Source of the DNA: Microbacterium sp.
GTDB lineage: Bacteria > Actinomycetota > Actinomycetes > Actinomycetales > Microbacteriaceae
Length of the DNA stretch: 64,000 nt
Assembly: GCA_048594675.1 (NCBI GenBank)
Contig: JBMDWQ010000018.1
Span: forward strand, 13,349-77,348
Direction of reading: 5' to 3'
The notes under the pieces were generated by a model, which saw only the letters and a list, made by a program, of their open reading frames with translations, made no database searches and was not told the origin of the DNA. Made by a program: the position numbers and the translations under genes. Below, piece after piece: positions 10,539 to 19,911 of the stretch; the first letter of the stretch is position 1; every line of letters begins with the position of its first letter.

Positions 10539-10849
10539 CGATGTGGACGGCCGTACTCGTGGCCGCGATCCTGTGCGTGGCGCTGAAGGGCATCGGGTAT
10601 CTGGTGCCGGCCCGGTGGTTCGATGCTCCCGCGCCCTCCCGGATCACCGACCTTCTCACTGTCGCGTTGCTCTCGGCGCTCGTGGTCGTGCAAGCCCTCG
10701 GTCTCGGACAGAGCATCGTGGTGGATGCGCGGGTCCCGGCACTCTTTGTGGCCGGAGGGCTGCTGGCGATGCGCGCTCCTTTCCTGGTCGTCGTGGTGGC
10801 GGCTGCGACTGTGGCGGCGGGACTGCGGGCCATCGGCTGGGCGGCGTGA
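10535..10849 (+). CDS. azlD: AzlD-family exporter, small subunit
   Basis: GTGA overlap with azlC; hydrophobic 104 aa with LKGIGY...ALLSALVVVQ...APFLVVV. Confidence 0.85.
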   Translation: MTMWTAVLVAAILCVALKGIGYLVPARWFDAPAPSRITDLLTVALLSALVVVQALGLGQSIVVDARVPALFVAGGLLAMRAPFLVVVVAAATVAAGLRAIGWAA

Positions 10850-10878
10850 TCTCCTGCGCCGACGCCTAGACTGACCGG

Positions 10879-11262
10879 GTGAGTATGCGTGTGTCCCGCT
10901 GGGGGTCCTGGATCGTGGCCCTCGTCGTCGGCATCGTCTTCGGCGTCGCCGGGACGATTGGGCAAGGCTCGATGTGGGGCAGCGTGCCGATCGGCCTCAT
11001 CGTGGCCCTCATCGGCACGACGGCGATCCTCCTCGGGGTTCGACTGCTCACCGGTGACCGATGGGCCGCGCTGGCGACCGGAATGGGCGCGATGATCGCG
11101 ACCCTCGTCTTCTCGGGACGGGGCCCTGGGGGATCCGTGGTGGTTCCGGCGCCGGCCGAGGGTGCCCTGTCCACGGGCATCATCTGGACGATCGGGGTGC
11201 CGATCGTCGTCGCCCTGGTCGTGGCCTGGCCGTCGCGCGCCGCCTTGCGCCCGCGGGACTGA
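10879..11262 (+). CDS. Four-TM membrane protein (DUF6113-like)
   Basis: Four hydrophobic helices, GPGGSVVVPA motif; leaderless TAGACT-N6-GTG. Confidence 0.7.
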   Translation: MSMRVSRWGSWIVALVVGIVFGVAGTIGQGSMWGSVPIGLIVALIGTTAILLGVRLLTGDRWAALATGMGAMIATLVFSGRGPGGSVVVPAPAEGALSTGIIWTIGVPIVVALVVAWPSRAALRPRD

Positions 11263-11357
11263 CCTCGCCCGCGCTGCAGAGCGAGAGCGGCGGGAGAGGC
11301 CGGACGCGCCCCCGCGGCATGGGCCGACCGTCGATGCTGACGAACTAGACTTGAGGC

Positions 11358-11678
11358 GTGACGTATGTGATCGCCCTGCCCTGCGTGGATGTGAAGGACC
11401 GTGCGTGCATCGACGAGTGTCCCGTCGACTGCATCTACGAGGGTGAGCGTTCCTTGTACATCCACCCCGACGAGTGCGTGGATTGCGGCGCATGCGAGCC
11501 GGTGTGTCCCGTCGAGGCGATCTACTACGAGGACGACCTGCCCGAGGAGTGGCAGGACTACTACACCGCCAACGTCGAGTTCTTCGAGGACATCGGATCT
11601 CCCGGCGGCGCGGCCAAGGTGGGCGTGATCGCCAAGGACCATCCCGTCATCTCTGCCCTCCCGCCCCAGTCGCACTGA
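11358..11678 (+). CDS. fdxA: 7Fe/8Fe ferredoxin
   Basis: MTYVIALPCVDVKDRACIDECPVDCIYEG...CVDCGACEPVCP; leaderless TAGACT-N6-GTG. Confidence 0.97.
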   Translation: MTYVIALPCVDVKDRACIDECPVDCIYEGERSLYIHPDECVDCGACEPVCPVEAIYYEDDLPEEWQDYYTANVEFFEDIGSPGGAAKVGVIAKDHPVISALPPQSH

Positions 11679-12781
11679 TGGGCGTCGCAGATCTCGACGA
11701 GTATCCCTGGGACGCTGTCGCCCCGTTCGCCGCACGTGCCCGTTCGCATCCGGATGGCATCGTCGACCTGTCGATCGGCTCGCCCGTCGACCCCACCCCG
11801 GAACTGGTCGCCCGCGCGCTGCGAGAGGCCACCGACGCCCACGCCTACCCGCAGACGACCGGTACCCCGGCTCTGCGCGAGGCGATCGTCGACTGGTATG
11901 CCCGGCGCCGGGGTGTTCCAGGACTGACTCCGGCGCAGGTTCTCCCCACTGTCGGCTCGAAGGAGCTCGTCGCGCTGCTGCCGCTCCTGCTCGGCCTCGG
12001 GTCGGGCGACACCGTCGTGCATCCCCGCGCGGCCTATCCGACCTACGCGGTCGGAGCGAAGCTGGTGGGGGCGCGCACCGTCGCGTCCGATGATCCGGGC
12101 GAGTGGCCCGAGGGAACGAGACTCGTCTGGGTCAACTCACCCGGAAACCCCGACGGGCGCGTGCTCGGGGTCGACGAACTGCGTGTCGCCGCCGCGCGTG
12201 CGCGCGAGCTCGGAGCCGTACTCGCATCGGACGAGTGCTACGCCGAGCTGGGCTGGGACGGCCCGTGGGCGCGGGAGCGGGTGCCGAGCGTGCTCGATCC
12301 GGCCGTCACGGATGGGGACCTGACTGGCCTGCTGTCGGTCTACTCCCTCAGCAAGCAGTCGAACCTCGCCGGCTATCGTGCCGCGTTCCTCGGCGGCGAC
12401 GATTCCCTGGTGTCCCGCCTGCTCACCGCACGCAAGCATCTCGGCCTCATGCTTCCGGCGCCCGTGCAGGCGGCGATGACTGCGGCGCTGGCCGACGACG
12501 TGCACGTCGCCCGGCAGAAGGAGCTGTACCGAGGGCGGCGGAACGTTCTGAAGCACGCTCTGGAAGCGGCCGGATTCCGCATCGATCACAGCGAGGGCGG
12601 TCTCTACCTCTGGGCGACGGCGGGCAAAGACGCCTGGGAATCGCTCGGCGCTCTCGCCGATCGGGGGATCCTGGCCGGCCCCGGTCACTTCTACGGAACC
12701 CACTTCCCGGATCACGTGCGTTTCTCCCTCACCGCGAGCGACGAGCGGATCGAGGCTGCGGCGCGACGCCTGCATGCTTAG
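11678..12781 (+). CDS. dapC: N-succinyldiaminopimelate aminotransferase
   Basis: DLSIGSPVDP, SDECY, SLSKQSNLAGYR (PLP Lys); TGATG coupling to fdxA as in other actinobacteria. Confidence 0.9.
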   Translation: MGVADLDEYPWDAVAPFAARARSHPDGIVDLSIGSPVDPTPELVARALREATDAHAYPQTTGTPALREAIVDWYARRRGVPGLTPAQVLPTVGSKELVALLPLLLGLGSGDTVVHPRAAYPTYAVGAKLVGARTVASDDPGEWPEGTRLVWVNSPGNPDGRVLGVDELRVAAARARELGAVLASDECYAELGWDGPWARERVPSVLDPAVTDGDLTGLLSVYSLSKQSNLAGYRAAFLGGDDSLVSRLLTARKHLGLMLPAPVQAAMTAALADDVHVARQKELYRGRRNVLKHALEAAGFRIDHSEGGLYLWATAGKDAWESLGALADRGILAGPGHFYGTHFPDHVRFSLTASDERIEAAARRLHA

Positions 12782-12883
12782 AGGAATCCTCTCGTGCGGC
12801 GGCCGTTCCTTTGGTGACGATCTGAGTAGGCCACAGAGCCCACTAGGCTGTAATGACGCCCAGTTCGACCGCAAGGAGGCTTC

Positions 12884-14179
12884 GTGAGCGAGTCGGGAAC
12901 CCCCCAGCAGGCCACCGTCACCATCGGTGACCGCACCGCCGAACTCCCCGTCCTGACGGGAACCGAGGGCACTCCGGCCGTCGACTTCTCGACGTTCACG
13001 AGACAGACCGGTCATACAGCCCTGGACTACGGGTTCGTCAACACGGCCGCCACCAAGTCGGCGATCACCTTCATCGACGGCGACGAGGGGATCCTGCGCT
13101 ACCGCGGCTACCCGATCGAGCAGCTCGCTCAGAACAGCACCTACCTCGAAGTGGCGTGGCTCCTCCTCTACGGCGATCTCCCCACGGCCGACCAGCTCGC
13201 CGAGTGGGACGAGAAGATCCGTCGGCACACACTGCTTCACGAAGACCTCAAGCGGTTCTTCTCCGCACTCCCGCACACCGCGCACCCCATGTCGATGCTC
13301 TCCGCGGCCACCGCGGCCCTCTCGACCTATTACGAAGGCCAGTCCGACCCGAACGATCCCGACCACGTCGAGCTCAACACGATCCGGCTGCTCGCAAAGC
13401 TCCCGGTCATCGCCGCCTACGCGCACAAGAAGAGCATCGGTCAGGCCTTCCTGTACCCGGACAACTCGTTGAGCTTCGTCGACAACTTCCTCAAGCTGAA
13501 CTTCGGCGTGCTTGCCGAGATCTACGACGTCAATCCCGTGACCTCCCGCGCGCTCGAGCGTCTGCTGATCCTGCACGAGGACCACGAGCAGAACGCCTCC
13601 ACCTCGACGGTGCGATTGGTGGGGTCGACGGGCGCCAATCAGTTCTCCTCGGTGTCGGCCGGCATCAATGCGTTGTACGGGCCCCTCCACGGCGGTGCGA
13701 ACGAGGCTGTGCTCGACATGCTGGCGCGCATCCGCGATTCCGGCGAGACCGTGCAGCGTTTCGTTGAGCGAGTCAAGAACAAGGAAGACGGTGTCAAGCT
13801 CATGGGCTTCGGGCACCGCGTCTACAAGAACTACGATCCGCGCGCGAAGCTCGTCAAGGAGTCGGCCGACGAGGTGCTGGCCGAACTCGGCGTGCACGAT
13901 CCCCTGCTGGATCTGGCGAAGGAGCTCGAGGAGATCGCGCTCAACGACGACTACTTCAAAGAGCGCCGCCTCTACCCGAACGTGGACTTCTACACGGGCG
14001 TCATCTACAAGGCGATGGGATTTCCCACCCGGATGTTCACCGTCTTGTTCGCGATCGGTCGGCTGCCGGGCTGGCTCGCCCACTGGCGTGAGATGCAGTT
14101 GGACCCGCAGACCAAGATCGGCCGCCCGCAGCAGCTGTACACCGGCTCCGCCGCGAGGAACTACCCCGGTCTCGGCTGA
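12884..14179 (+). CDS. gltA: Citrate synthase
   Basis: GILRYRGYPIEQL, LHEDHEQNAST, GPLHGGANE, MGFGHRVYK, PNVDFY; RBS AAGGAGG; -10 TAGGCT at 12844. Confidence 0.97.
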   Translation: MSESGTPQQATVTIGDRTAELPVLTGTEGTPAVDFSTFTRQTGHTALDYGFVNTAATKSAITFIDGDEGILRYRGYPIEQLAQNSTYLEVAWLLLYGDLPTADQLAEWDEKIRRHTLLHEDLKRFFSALPHTAHPMSMLSAATAALSTYYEGQSDPNDPDHVELNTIRLLAKLPVIAAYAHKKSIGQAFLYPDNSLSFVDNFLKLNFGVLAEIYDVNPVTSRALERLLILHEDHEQNASTSTVRLVGSTGANQFSSVSAGINALYGPLHGGANEAVLDMLARIRDSGETVQRFVERVKNKEDGVKLMGFGHRVYKNYDPRAKLVKESADEVLAELGVHDPLLDLAKELEEIALNDDYFKERRLYPNVDFYTGVIYKAMGFPTRMFTVLFAIGRLPGWLAHWREMQLDPQTKIGRPQQLYTGSAARNYPGLG

Positions 14180-14282
14180 AACCGCCTCCCGCCGGCGGCG
14201 GGGGATCGGCGTTCGTGACCCGGAGCTGCACGGCCGGATGACGCGAGTGACGCTGTCCGCAGCGGCGCGGTAGGGTGAGCGC

Positions 14283-14654
14283 ATGGGACCCGACGATCTC
14301 CCCGATATCGACGTCATCGACCCGGGCGTGGGGGATCCCGTCGCCGGGATCGCCGGCGGAATGGCCGGGCTCATGGGCCTGTTCGCCTTCATCGCCGTCG
14401 GCGTCATCGTGTTCGGCGTCTTCGTCGCCGTACGCAAGTACCGCATCCTCAAGGACGCGGGCATCGACCCGCTCGCCGTGGACGCGGAGATTGCGGCGAA
14501 GGTGATCAAGAGCGGCGCACTGGCCCCGTCGGCCGCGGCCGCGCCGATCAAGACCCTGGAGGAGCGGCTGCGCGAGCTCGACGACCTCCTCGCTCGCGGT
14601 GTGATCACCGAGGCCGAGCATCGTGACGCCCGCGCCGCCGCGCTTCGAGGCTGA
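14283..14654 (+). CDS. Single-TM protein with C-terminal SHOCT domain
   Basis: TM helix, then LEERLRELDDLLARGVITEAEH; leaderless TAGGGT-N6-ATG. Confidence 0.78.
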   Translation: MGPDDLPDIDVIDPGVGDPVAGIAGGMAGLMGLFAFIAVGVIVFGVFVAVRKYRILKDAGIDPLAVDAEIAAKVIKSGALAPSAAAAPIKTLEERLRELDDLLARGVITEAEHRDARAAALRG

Positions 14655-14656
14655 GC

Positions 14657-15469
14657 TCAGCTCGACGTCGCGCGCGCGATGACCTCGGCCGCGTAGTCGG
14701 GCACGTAGTTCTGGAGCTCGCGCGGCGGACGTTCGTAGCCTCCCGGCGCGGGACGTTCGGGGATCTCAATGGGCTCGCGCTCCACCTGCCGGTAAGGGAT
14801 CTGCGAGAGCAGATGGTGGATCATGTTGAGACGGCCCCGACGCTTGTCCTCGTTGTCGACCTCGTGCCAGGGGGACTCGGGGATGTCGGTGTGCACGAAC
14901 ATCGTGTCCTTCGCGCGCGAGTAGTCCTCCCACTTCGTGATCGACAGGACGTCGTTGGGGGAGAGCTTCCAGCGCCGCATCGGGTCGTCGTTGCGCGAGC
15001 GGAACCGCGCCTCCTGCTCGACGTCAGACACACTGAACCAGTACTTCAGGAGGAGGATCCCGTCTTCGACCAGCATGCGCTCGAAGATCGGCGTCTGGTG
15101 GAGGAAGCGGTGATACTCCGCGTTGGTGCAGTACCCCATGACGTGCTCCACGCCGGCGCGGTTGTACCACGACCGGTCCATCAGGACGATCTCTCCCGCG
15201 GCCGGCAGGTGAGCGATGTAGCGCTGGAAGTACCACTGTGACTTCTCGCGCTCGGTGGGCGTCGGCAGGGCGACCACGCGCGTGACGCGGGGGTTGAGGT
15301 ACTGGGATACCCGGCTGATCGTCGAACCCTTGCCCGCAGCGTCGCGGCCCTCGAAGATCACGACGATGCGGGCGCCCGTCGCCTGCACCCACGCCTGCAT
15401 GTCGACCAGCTGTGCTTGCAGCGCTTTGAGCTCGCGTTCGTAGATCTTCTTCGGCACCCGTGTCGTCAT
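14657..15469 (-). CDS. ppk2: Polyphosphate kinase 2
   Basis: FEGRDAAGKG Walker A, DRSWYNRAGVE, KYWFSVS, WKLSPND; leaderless TAGGCT-N6-ATG. Confidence 0.95.
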   Translation of the reverse strand: MTTRVPKKIYERELKALQAQLVDMQAWVQATGARIVVIFEGRDAAGKGSTISRVSQYLNPRVTRVVALPTPTEREKSQWYFQRYIAHLPAAGEIVLMDRSWYNRAGVEHVMGYCTNAEYHRFLHQTPIFERMLVEDGILLLKYWFSVSDVEQEARFRSRNDDPMRRWKLSPNDVLSITKWEDYSRAKDTMFVHTDIPESPWHEVDNEDKRRGRLNMIHHLLSQIPYRQVEREPIEIPERPAPGGYERPPRELQNYVPDYAAEVIARATSS

Positions 15470-15514
15470 GGCACGAGCCTAGGCCGTCGCGTCACCGCGT
15501 GGGGTTCGGAGCGG

Positions 15515-16459
15515 TCAGGCGTGGAGCGCCTCATTGAGCGTCACGCCGACGCCCGCGCGCTGTACGGCCTCGATGGCCCCGGTGACCGAGTTGCGACGGA
15601 AGAGGAGGCCATTCCGACCCGAGAGCTCGGCCCCCTTGACGGTGGGTCTGCTGCCGTCGGCGCGCGGCGGCTCACCGGCGAGCGTGATCTTCGAGCCGGC
15701 GGTCACGTAGAGCCCTGCTTCGACGACGCAGTCGTCTCCGAGCGAGATGCCGATCCCGGCGTTGGCGCCCAGCAGCGTCCGCGCTCCGATGGAGACTCGG
15801 TGGCTCCCGCCGCCGGAGAGTGTTCCCATGATCGACGCACCGCCGCCGATGTCGCTCCCGTCGCCCACGATGACGCCCTGCGAGATGCGGCCCTCCACCA
15901 TGGAACTGCCGAGGGTCCCCGCATTGAAGTTGACGAAGCCCTCGTGCATCACGGTCGTCCCGGGGGCGAGGTGAGCGCCCAGGCGCACGCGTGAGGCGTC
16001 GGCGATGCGTACGCCGGCCGGCACCACGTAGTCGGTCAGACGCGGAAACTTGTCGAGGCTCTGCAACTGGATTCCGGCGCGCACGAAGCCCGGCCGCAGG
16101 CGGGTGACGTCGTCGGGATGCACCGGCCCGGCATTCGTCCACGCGACGTTCGGGAGGTGTCCGAAGATCCCGGTGAGGTCGAGATCATTGGGTGCCACGA
16201 GGAGGTGCGACAGGGCATGAAGGCGGAGGTAGGCGTCGGAGGTTCCTGCCGGCGGTGCGTCGAGGTCGATCTCGACGACGACGACCTCGATCGTCACGCC
16301 ACGTCGCTCGTCTGCTCCGGCACCGGCGGCCACCGCGTCGAGGTCAGGGCTCTCGGGCGCCCGACCGCGCGCGGGCGACGGGAACCACGTGTCCAGCACC
16401 GTCCCGTCTCCGCTCCTCGTGGCAAGACCGGCACCCCACACCCAACGCGCGTCACTCAT
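15515..16459 (-). CDS. dapD: Tetrahydrodipicolinate N-succinyltransferase
   Basis: [24 protein letters not shown], hexapeptide [15 protein letters not shown]; start fixed by TACGCT-N6-ATG. Confidence 0.95.
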   Translation of the reverse strand: MSDARWVWGAGLATRSGDGTVLDTWFPSPARGRAPESPDLDAVAAGAGADERRGVTIEVVVVEIDLDAPPAGTSDAYLRLHALSHLLVAPNDLDLTGIFGHLPNVAWTNAGPVHPDDVTRLRPGFVRAGIQLQSLDKFPRLTDYVVPAGVRIADASRVRLGAHLAPGTTVMHEGFVNFNAGTLGSSMVEGRISQGVIVGDGSDIGGGASIMGTLSGGGSHRVSIGARTLLGANAGIGISLGDDCVVEAGLYVTAGSKITLAGEPPRADGSRPTVKGAELSGRNGLLFRRNSVTGAIEAVQRAGVGVTLNEALHA

Positions 16460-16549
16460 CGTTCCAGCGTATCGGCAGCGCGCCCAGACCCCCGTCGCGG
16501 CAGGTGTGCGGAGGGTGCGACGTGAGAGGCACTCACTAGACTCGTCGAC

Positions 16550-17626
16550 ATGCCCACGCTCGATCTGACCGCCTCCTCGGTGGAGCTCACCCGCGCTCTC
16601 TGCGACATCCCGAGCGTGTCCGATGACGAGACTGCGCTGGCGGATGCGATCTACGCGGCGGTATCGGCCTACCCCCACCTCGAGGTGGAGCGCGACGGCG
16701 ACACCATCATCGCGCGCACCTCACTCGGGCGCCCGCAGCGAGTGGCGATCGCCGGTCACATCGACACCGTCCCGATCAACGACAACCTCCCCACTCGCGA
16801 AGTCGAGGAGGACGGCCAGGCGTACCTTTGGGGCCGAGGCACGGTCGACATGAAAGGGGGAGTCGCCGTGCAGCTCAAGCTCGCCGCCGAACTGAACGAC
16901 CCCCGCGTCGACCTGACCTGGATCTGGTACGACCACGAAGAGGTGGATTCCGCGCGCAATGCTCTGACGCGTCTCGTCGCGAGCCGGCCGGAGGTGTTCC
17001 AGGCCGACTTCGCCATCCTCGGTGAGCCCTCCAACGGTCAGGTCGAGGGAGGATGCAACGGCACCCTCCGCGCGGTCGTTCGCACCCACGGCGTGAGGGC
17101 GCACAGCGCACGTTCCTGGATCGGAGAGAACGCGATCCACAAGGCCGCTCCGATCCTGACCCGACTCGCGGAGTACCGCCCCCGCAACATCGAAGTCGAC
17201 GGCCTCGTCTACCGCGAGGGGCTCAACGCGGTCGCCATCCGCGGAGGCGTCGCGGGAAATGTCATCCCGGACCTCTGCGCCGTCGAGGTCAACTACCGAT
17301 TCGCCCCCAAGCGCTCCGGCGAGGAGGCCGCCGCCCACGTGCGAGAGGTCTTCGCGGGGTTTGACGTGGAGATCGTCGACGTTGCCCCCGGAGCCCGCCC
17401 GGGCCTCGACGCGCCGCTGGCTCAAGAGTTCCTCGCGGCCGTGGGCGCCGAGCCGCGGCCCAAATACGGGTGGACCGACGTCGCGCGGTTCTCCGAGCTC
17501 GGCGTTCCCGCCGTGAACTTCGGGCCGGGCGATCCTCACCTCGCCCATCACGACAACGAGCGCGTCCCGGTGGCGCAGATCCTGGCCGTCGAAGAGGGCC
17601 TGAGAGCGTGGCTGACGGCGCGCTGA
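16550..17626 (+). CDS. dapE: Succinyl-diaminopimelate desuccinylase
   Basis: [36 protein letters not shown]; leaderless TAGACT-N7-ATG. Confidence 0.95.
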   Translation: MPTLDLTASSVELTRALCDIPSVSDDETALADAIYAAVSAYPHLEVERDGDTIIARTSLGRPQRVAIAGHIDTVPINDNLPTREVEEDGQAYLWGRGTVDMKGGVAVQLKLAAELNDPRVDLTWIWYDHEEVDSARNALTRLVASRPEVFQADFAILGEPSNGQVEGGCNGTLRAVVRTHGVRAHSARSWIGENAIHKAAPILTRLAEYRPRNIEVDGLVYREGLNAVAIRGGVAGNVIPDLCAVEVNYRFAPKRSGEEAAAHVREVFAGFDVEIVDVAPGARPGLDAPLAQEFLAAVGAEPRPKYGWTDVARFSELGVPAVNFGPGDPHLAHHDNERVPVAQILAVEEGLRAWLTAR

Positions 17627-18828
17627 GCGCGCTGGCGTGGGGACGGCTGCGCGCTGCCCCTGCATTCGCGCGCATCGCTCTGGTCTACCTCGCCGCGCGG
17701 CTGATCACGACCGGCTTCCTGCTGCTGGCGGCGGAGCTCTCCGGACCTGGCTCCCGCTTCGGCGAGCAGGCCACGCTCGGCTCGTTCGTCATGGGCTGGG
17801 ACGCGGAGTGGTACGGCTTCATCGCCGGCCACGGGTACCCGAGCGATCTGCCGCGCGACGACAGCGGGAACGTCGCCACCAATCAGTGGGCGTTCATGCC
17901 GCTGTTCCCCTTGATCGCCCGGATCGTGGGTGCTCCCTTCGGCAACTACGGAGCGGGTGCCCTCATCGTCGCGCTCGTTGCGGGGTATCTCGCGGCGCTG
18001 GTCCTCCACGCGATCCTCCGGGATCGAATCGGTGAGGGCGCCGCGATGTGGGCCGTCGTGTTCTTCGTCAGCGGACCCCTTGCGGCGCTCTTCCAGGTCG
18101 GATACGCCGAGTCGCTCTTTCTTCTGTGGCTGTTGTGCGCATTGTGGTGCATCCAGCAGCGCCGGTTCGGATGGCTCTATCTGCTCATTCCCCTCATGGG
18201 ATACACGCGCCCCGGAGTCCTCGCCTTCTCACTCTTCCTGGCGCTTTTCGGAATCTGGAGATGGTGGCAGCGGCGCACAGAGCCGCTTGCCGTGAGAGAG
18301 GTCATCCACATCGTGACGCTGGGCCTCTGGGCCGCCGTCATCGGGTTCTCGTGGCAGTGGATCGTGGCGGCGGTGACCGGCGATCCCAACGGATACCTGG
18401 AGACGGAGCTGAGCTGGCGCCGCGCGTGGACGGGGGAGTCGGGTGGCTTTGTCCCGTTCGACGGGTTCATCCGGGCCGCCGGGATCTGGTTCCCGCTGTG
18501 GGGTCTGCCCGCGGAGTGGGGCTACGTCGCTCTCGGGCTCGGTGTCGCGGCCGTCGCGGGCCTGTTGATCTTCGCGCCGCATGTGAGGCGGCTGGGGGTC
18601 GAAGTACGGCTGTGGTCGGGGAGCTACGTCGTCTATCTGCTGGCCGTTTTCTTTCCGCAATCGAGCATTTTCCGGCTCCTCCTGCCGCTGTCTCCGCTGC
18701 TGGGCGCCCTCGCTGTTCCCCCGTCGCGGTTGTGGCGTGCCGCGGTGCTCGGGGCCTGCCTGTGCGGCCAGTGGTGGTGGGTCTACAACATGTATGCCGT
18801 CGCCTCCACGTATTACCAGATTCCGTGA
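17608..18828 (+). CDS. Polytopic GT-C fold glycosyltransferase (PIG-V / mannosyltransferase-like)
   Basis: WDAEWYGFIAGHGYP, AFMPLFP and YAESLFL motifs plus about 10 TM helices; overlaps the dapE 3-prime end by 19 nt. Confidence 0.68.
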   Translation: MADGALSALAWGRLRAAPAFARIALVYLAARLITTGFLLLAAELSGPGSRFGEQATLGSFVMGWDAEWYGFIAGHGYPSDLPRDDSGNVATNQWAFMPLFPLIARIVGAPFGNYGAGALIVALVAGYLAALVLHAILRDRIGEGAAMWAVVFFVSGPLAALFQVGYAESLFLLWLLCALWCIQQRRFGWLYLLIPLMGYTRPGVLAFSLFLALFGIWRWWQRRTEPLAVREVIHIVTLGLWAAVIGFSWQWIVAAVTGDPNGYLETELSWRRAWTGESGGFVPFDGFIRAAGIWFPLWGLPAEWGYVALGLGVAAVAGLLIFAPHVRRLGVEVRLWSGSYVVYLLAVFFPQSSIFRLLLPLSPLLGALAVPPSRLWRAAVLGACLCGQWWWVYNMYAVASTYYQIP

Positions 18829-18877
18829 ACGCGCGGAGGAGCGACAATTCGCGGCTCGACGACCGTCCGAACCGAGG

Positions 18878-18899
18878 TGTCGGCCGGGACGGGTAAACT
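18878..18899 (+). promoter_or_regulatory. PafBC-type (RecA-independent DNA-damage) promoter of the DUF3117 gene
   Basis: TGTCGG(18878-83)-N10-TAAACT(18894-99), an exact match to TGTCGG-N10-TA-N3-T. Confidence 0.7.
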
Positions 18900-18928
18900 T
18901 GTCGGGTACACGACGAAAAGGAGCCGCA

Positions 18929-19102
18929 ATGGCAGCCATGAAGCCGCGAACCGGTGACGGACCTATGGAGGCCGTGAAGGAGGGACGCCTGATCATCGTG
19001 CGCGTTCCTCTGGAAGGCGGCGGACGTCTCGTCGTCTCGGTGAACGACGACGAGGCGAAGGAACTCCACAGCGTTCTCGGTGAGGTCGTCGGCGCCGCCT
19101 GA
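18929..19102 (+). CDS. DUF3117 small protein (57 aa)
   Basis: MAAMKPRTGDGPMEAVKEGRLIIVRVPLEGGGRLVVSV is the conserved actinobacterial family sequence; RBS AAAGGAG. Confidence 0.92.
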   Translation: MAAMKPRTGDGPMEAVKEGRLIIVRVPLEGGGRLVVSVNDDEAKELHSVLGEVVGAA

Positions 19103-19113
19103 CCTCCCCCGCA

Positions 19114-19147
19114 GACGAGAGGCCGGTCTTCGGACCGGCCTCTCGTC
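19114..19147. terminator. Bidirectional hairpin terminator
   Basis: Perfect 15-bp stem gacgagaggccggtc/gaccggcctctcgtc, c(UUCG)g loop, between convergent genes. Confidence 0.8.
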
Positions 19148-19190
19148 GTGTCTCGGCCGAAGGGCCGGGAGTGAGGCCGCGGCTACCGCG

Positions 19191-19838
19191 CTAGCGGCCC
19201 TCGGCCGAGGTCGTCGTCAGCTGCAGGAGGCCCTCTCCGACGATCGACAGTGCGCCGAGCACCGCGGGAGAGGACTGCGTCTCTTGGATCAATGATCGAT
19301 AGGCGCCGGTGACGCTGTCGCGACGCACAGGGTCGGCGACCGCACCGCCGTTGAGGACGCGGGGCACGAGCACGGTGCCACCGGCGCGGACGAGCCGGAG
19401 GCCATGCTCCACGTACTCGATCACCCCGTCGGGGTCTGCGTCGACCAGGACGATGTCGTACGACGCCTCGTTCATGCGGGGGAGGACATCAGCAGCGCGA
19501 CCCGCGATGAAGCGAGCGCGCGCGGGCGGGATCTTGGCGTCGGAGAAGGCGGAGCGCGCCGCGGCGAGATGCTCGGGCTCGACATCGATCGTCGTCAGCG
19601 TCGCTCGTGGCGACCCGCGCAGGAGCCAGAGACCCGAGACGCCGCCTCCGGTCCCGATCTCGACGATGTTCAAGGCGGCCGTGGCGGCCGAGATGACGGC
19701 GCACTGCGCACCGACGGCGGCGCTCACAGGGTCGGCGCCGAGCTCGAGAGCGTGCGAGCGCGCGCGGGCGATGGTCTCGGGCTCCATCGTCACCTCGTCC
19801 GAGAACCGTCGGACCGCCTCAGCATCGTTGTCGCGCAT
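19191..19838 (-). CDS. SAM-dependent O-methyltransferase (Rv1220c-like)
   Basis: VEIGTGGGVSG SAM motif, TTIDVE, YDIVLVDA; RBS GGAGG. Confidence 0.88.
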   Translation of the reverse strand: MRDNDAEAVRRFSDEVTMEPETIARARSHALELGADPVSAAVGAQCAVISAATAALNIVEIGTGGGVSGLWLLRGSPRATLTTIDVEPEHLAAARSAFSDAKIPPARARFIAGRAADVLPRMNEASYDIVLVDADPDGVIEYVEHGLRLVRAGGTVLVPRVLNGGAVADPVRRDSVTGAYRSLIQETQSSPAVLGALSIVGEGLLQLTTTSAEGR

Positions 19839-19911
19839 TGCCTGCACCTCCACTGCAAGCGTACGGTCCGCGGCGGCGCGGGGCGGCGAGGCGCACGGGT
19901 AACCTTGACCC

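Noticed and set aside
18869-18883. Possible LexA box (CGAAC-CGAG-GTGTC) upstream of DUF3117
   Set aside because: Right half-site deviates from GTTCG; the overlapping PafBC motif is an exact match and explains the sequence better.
6662-19147. Two perfect c(UUCG)g hairpins (6662, 19114) as a REP/MITE family
   Set aside because: Stems share no sequence; both sit right after stop codons, so they are independent terminators using a stable tetraloop.
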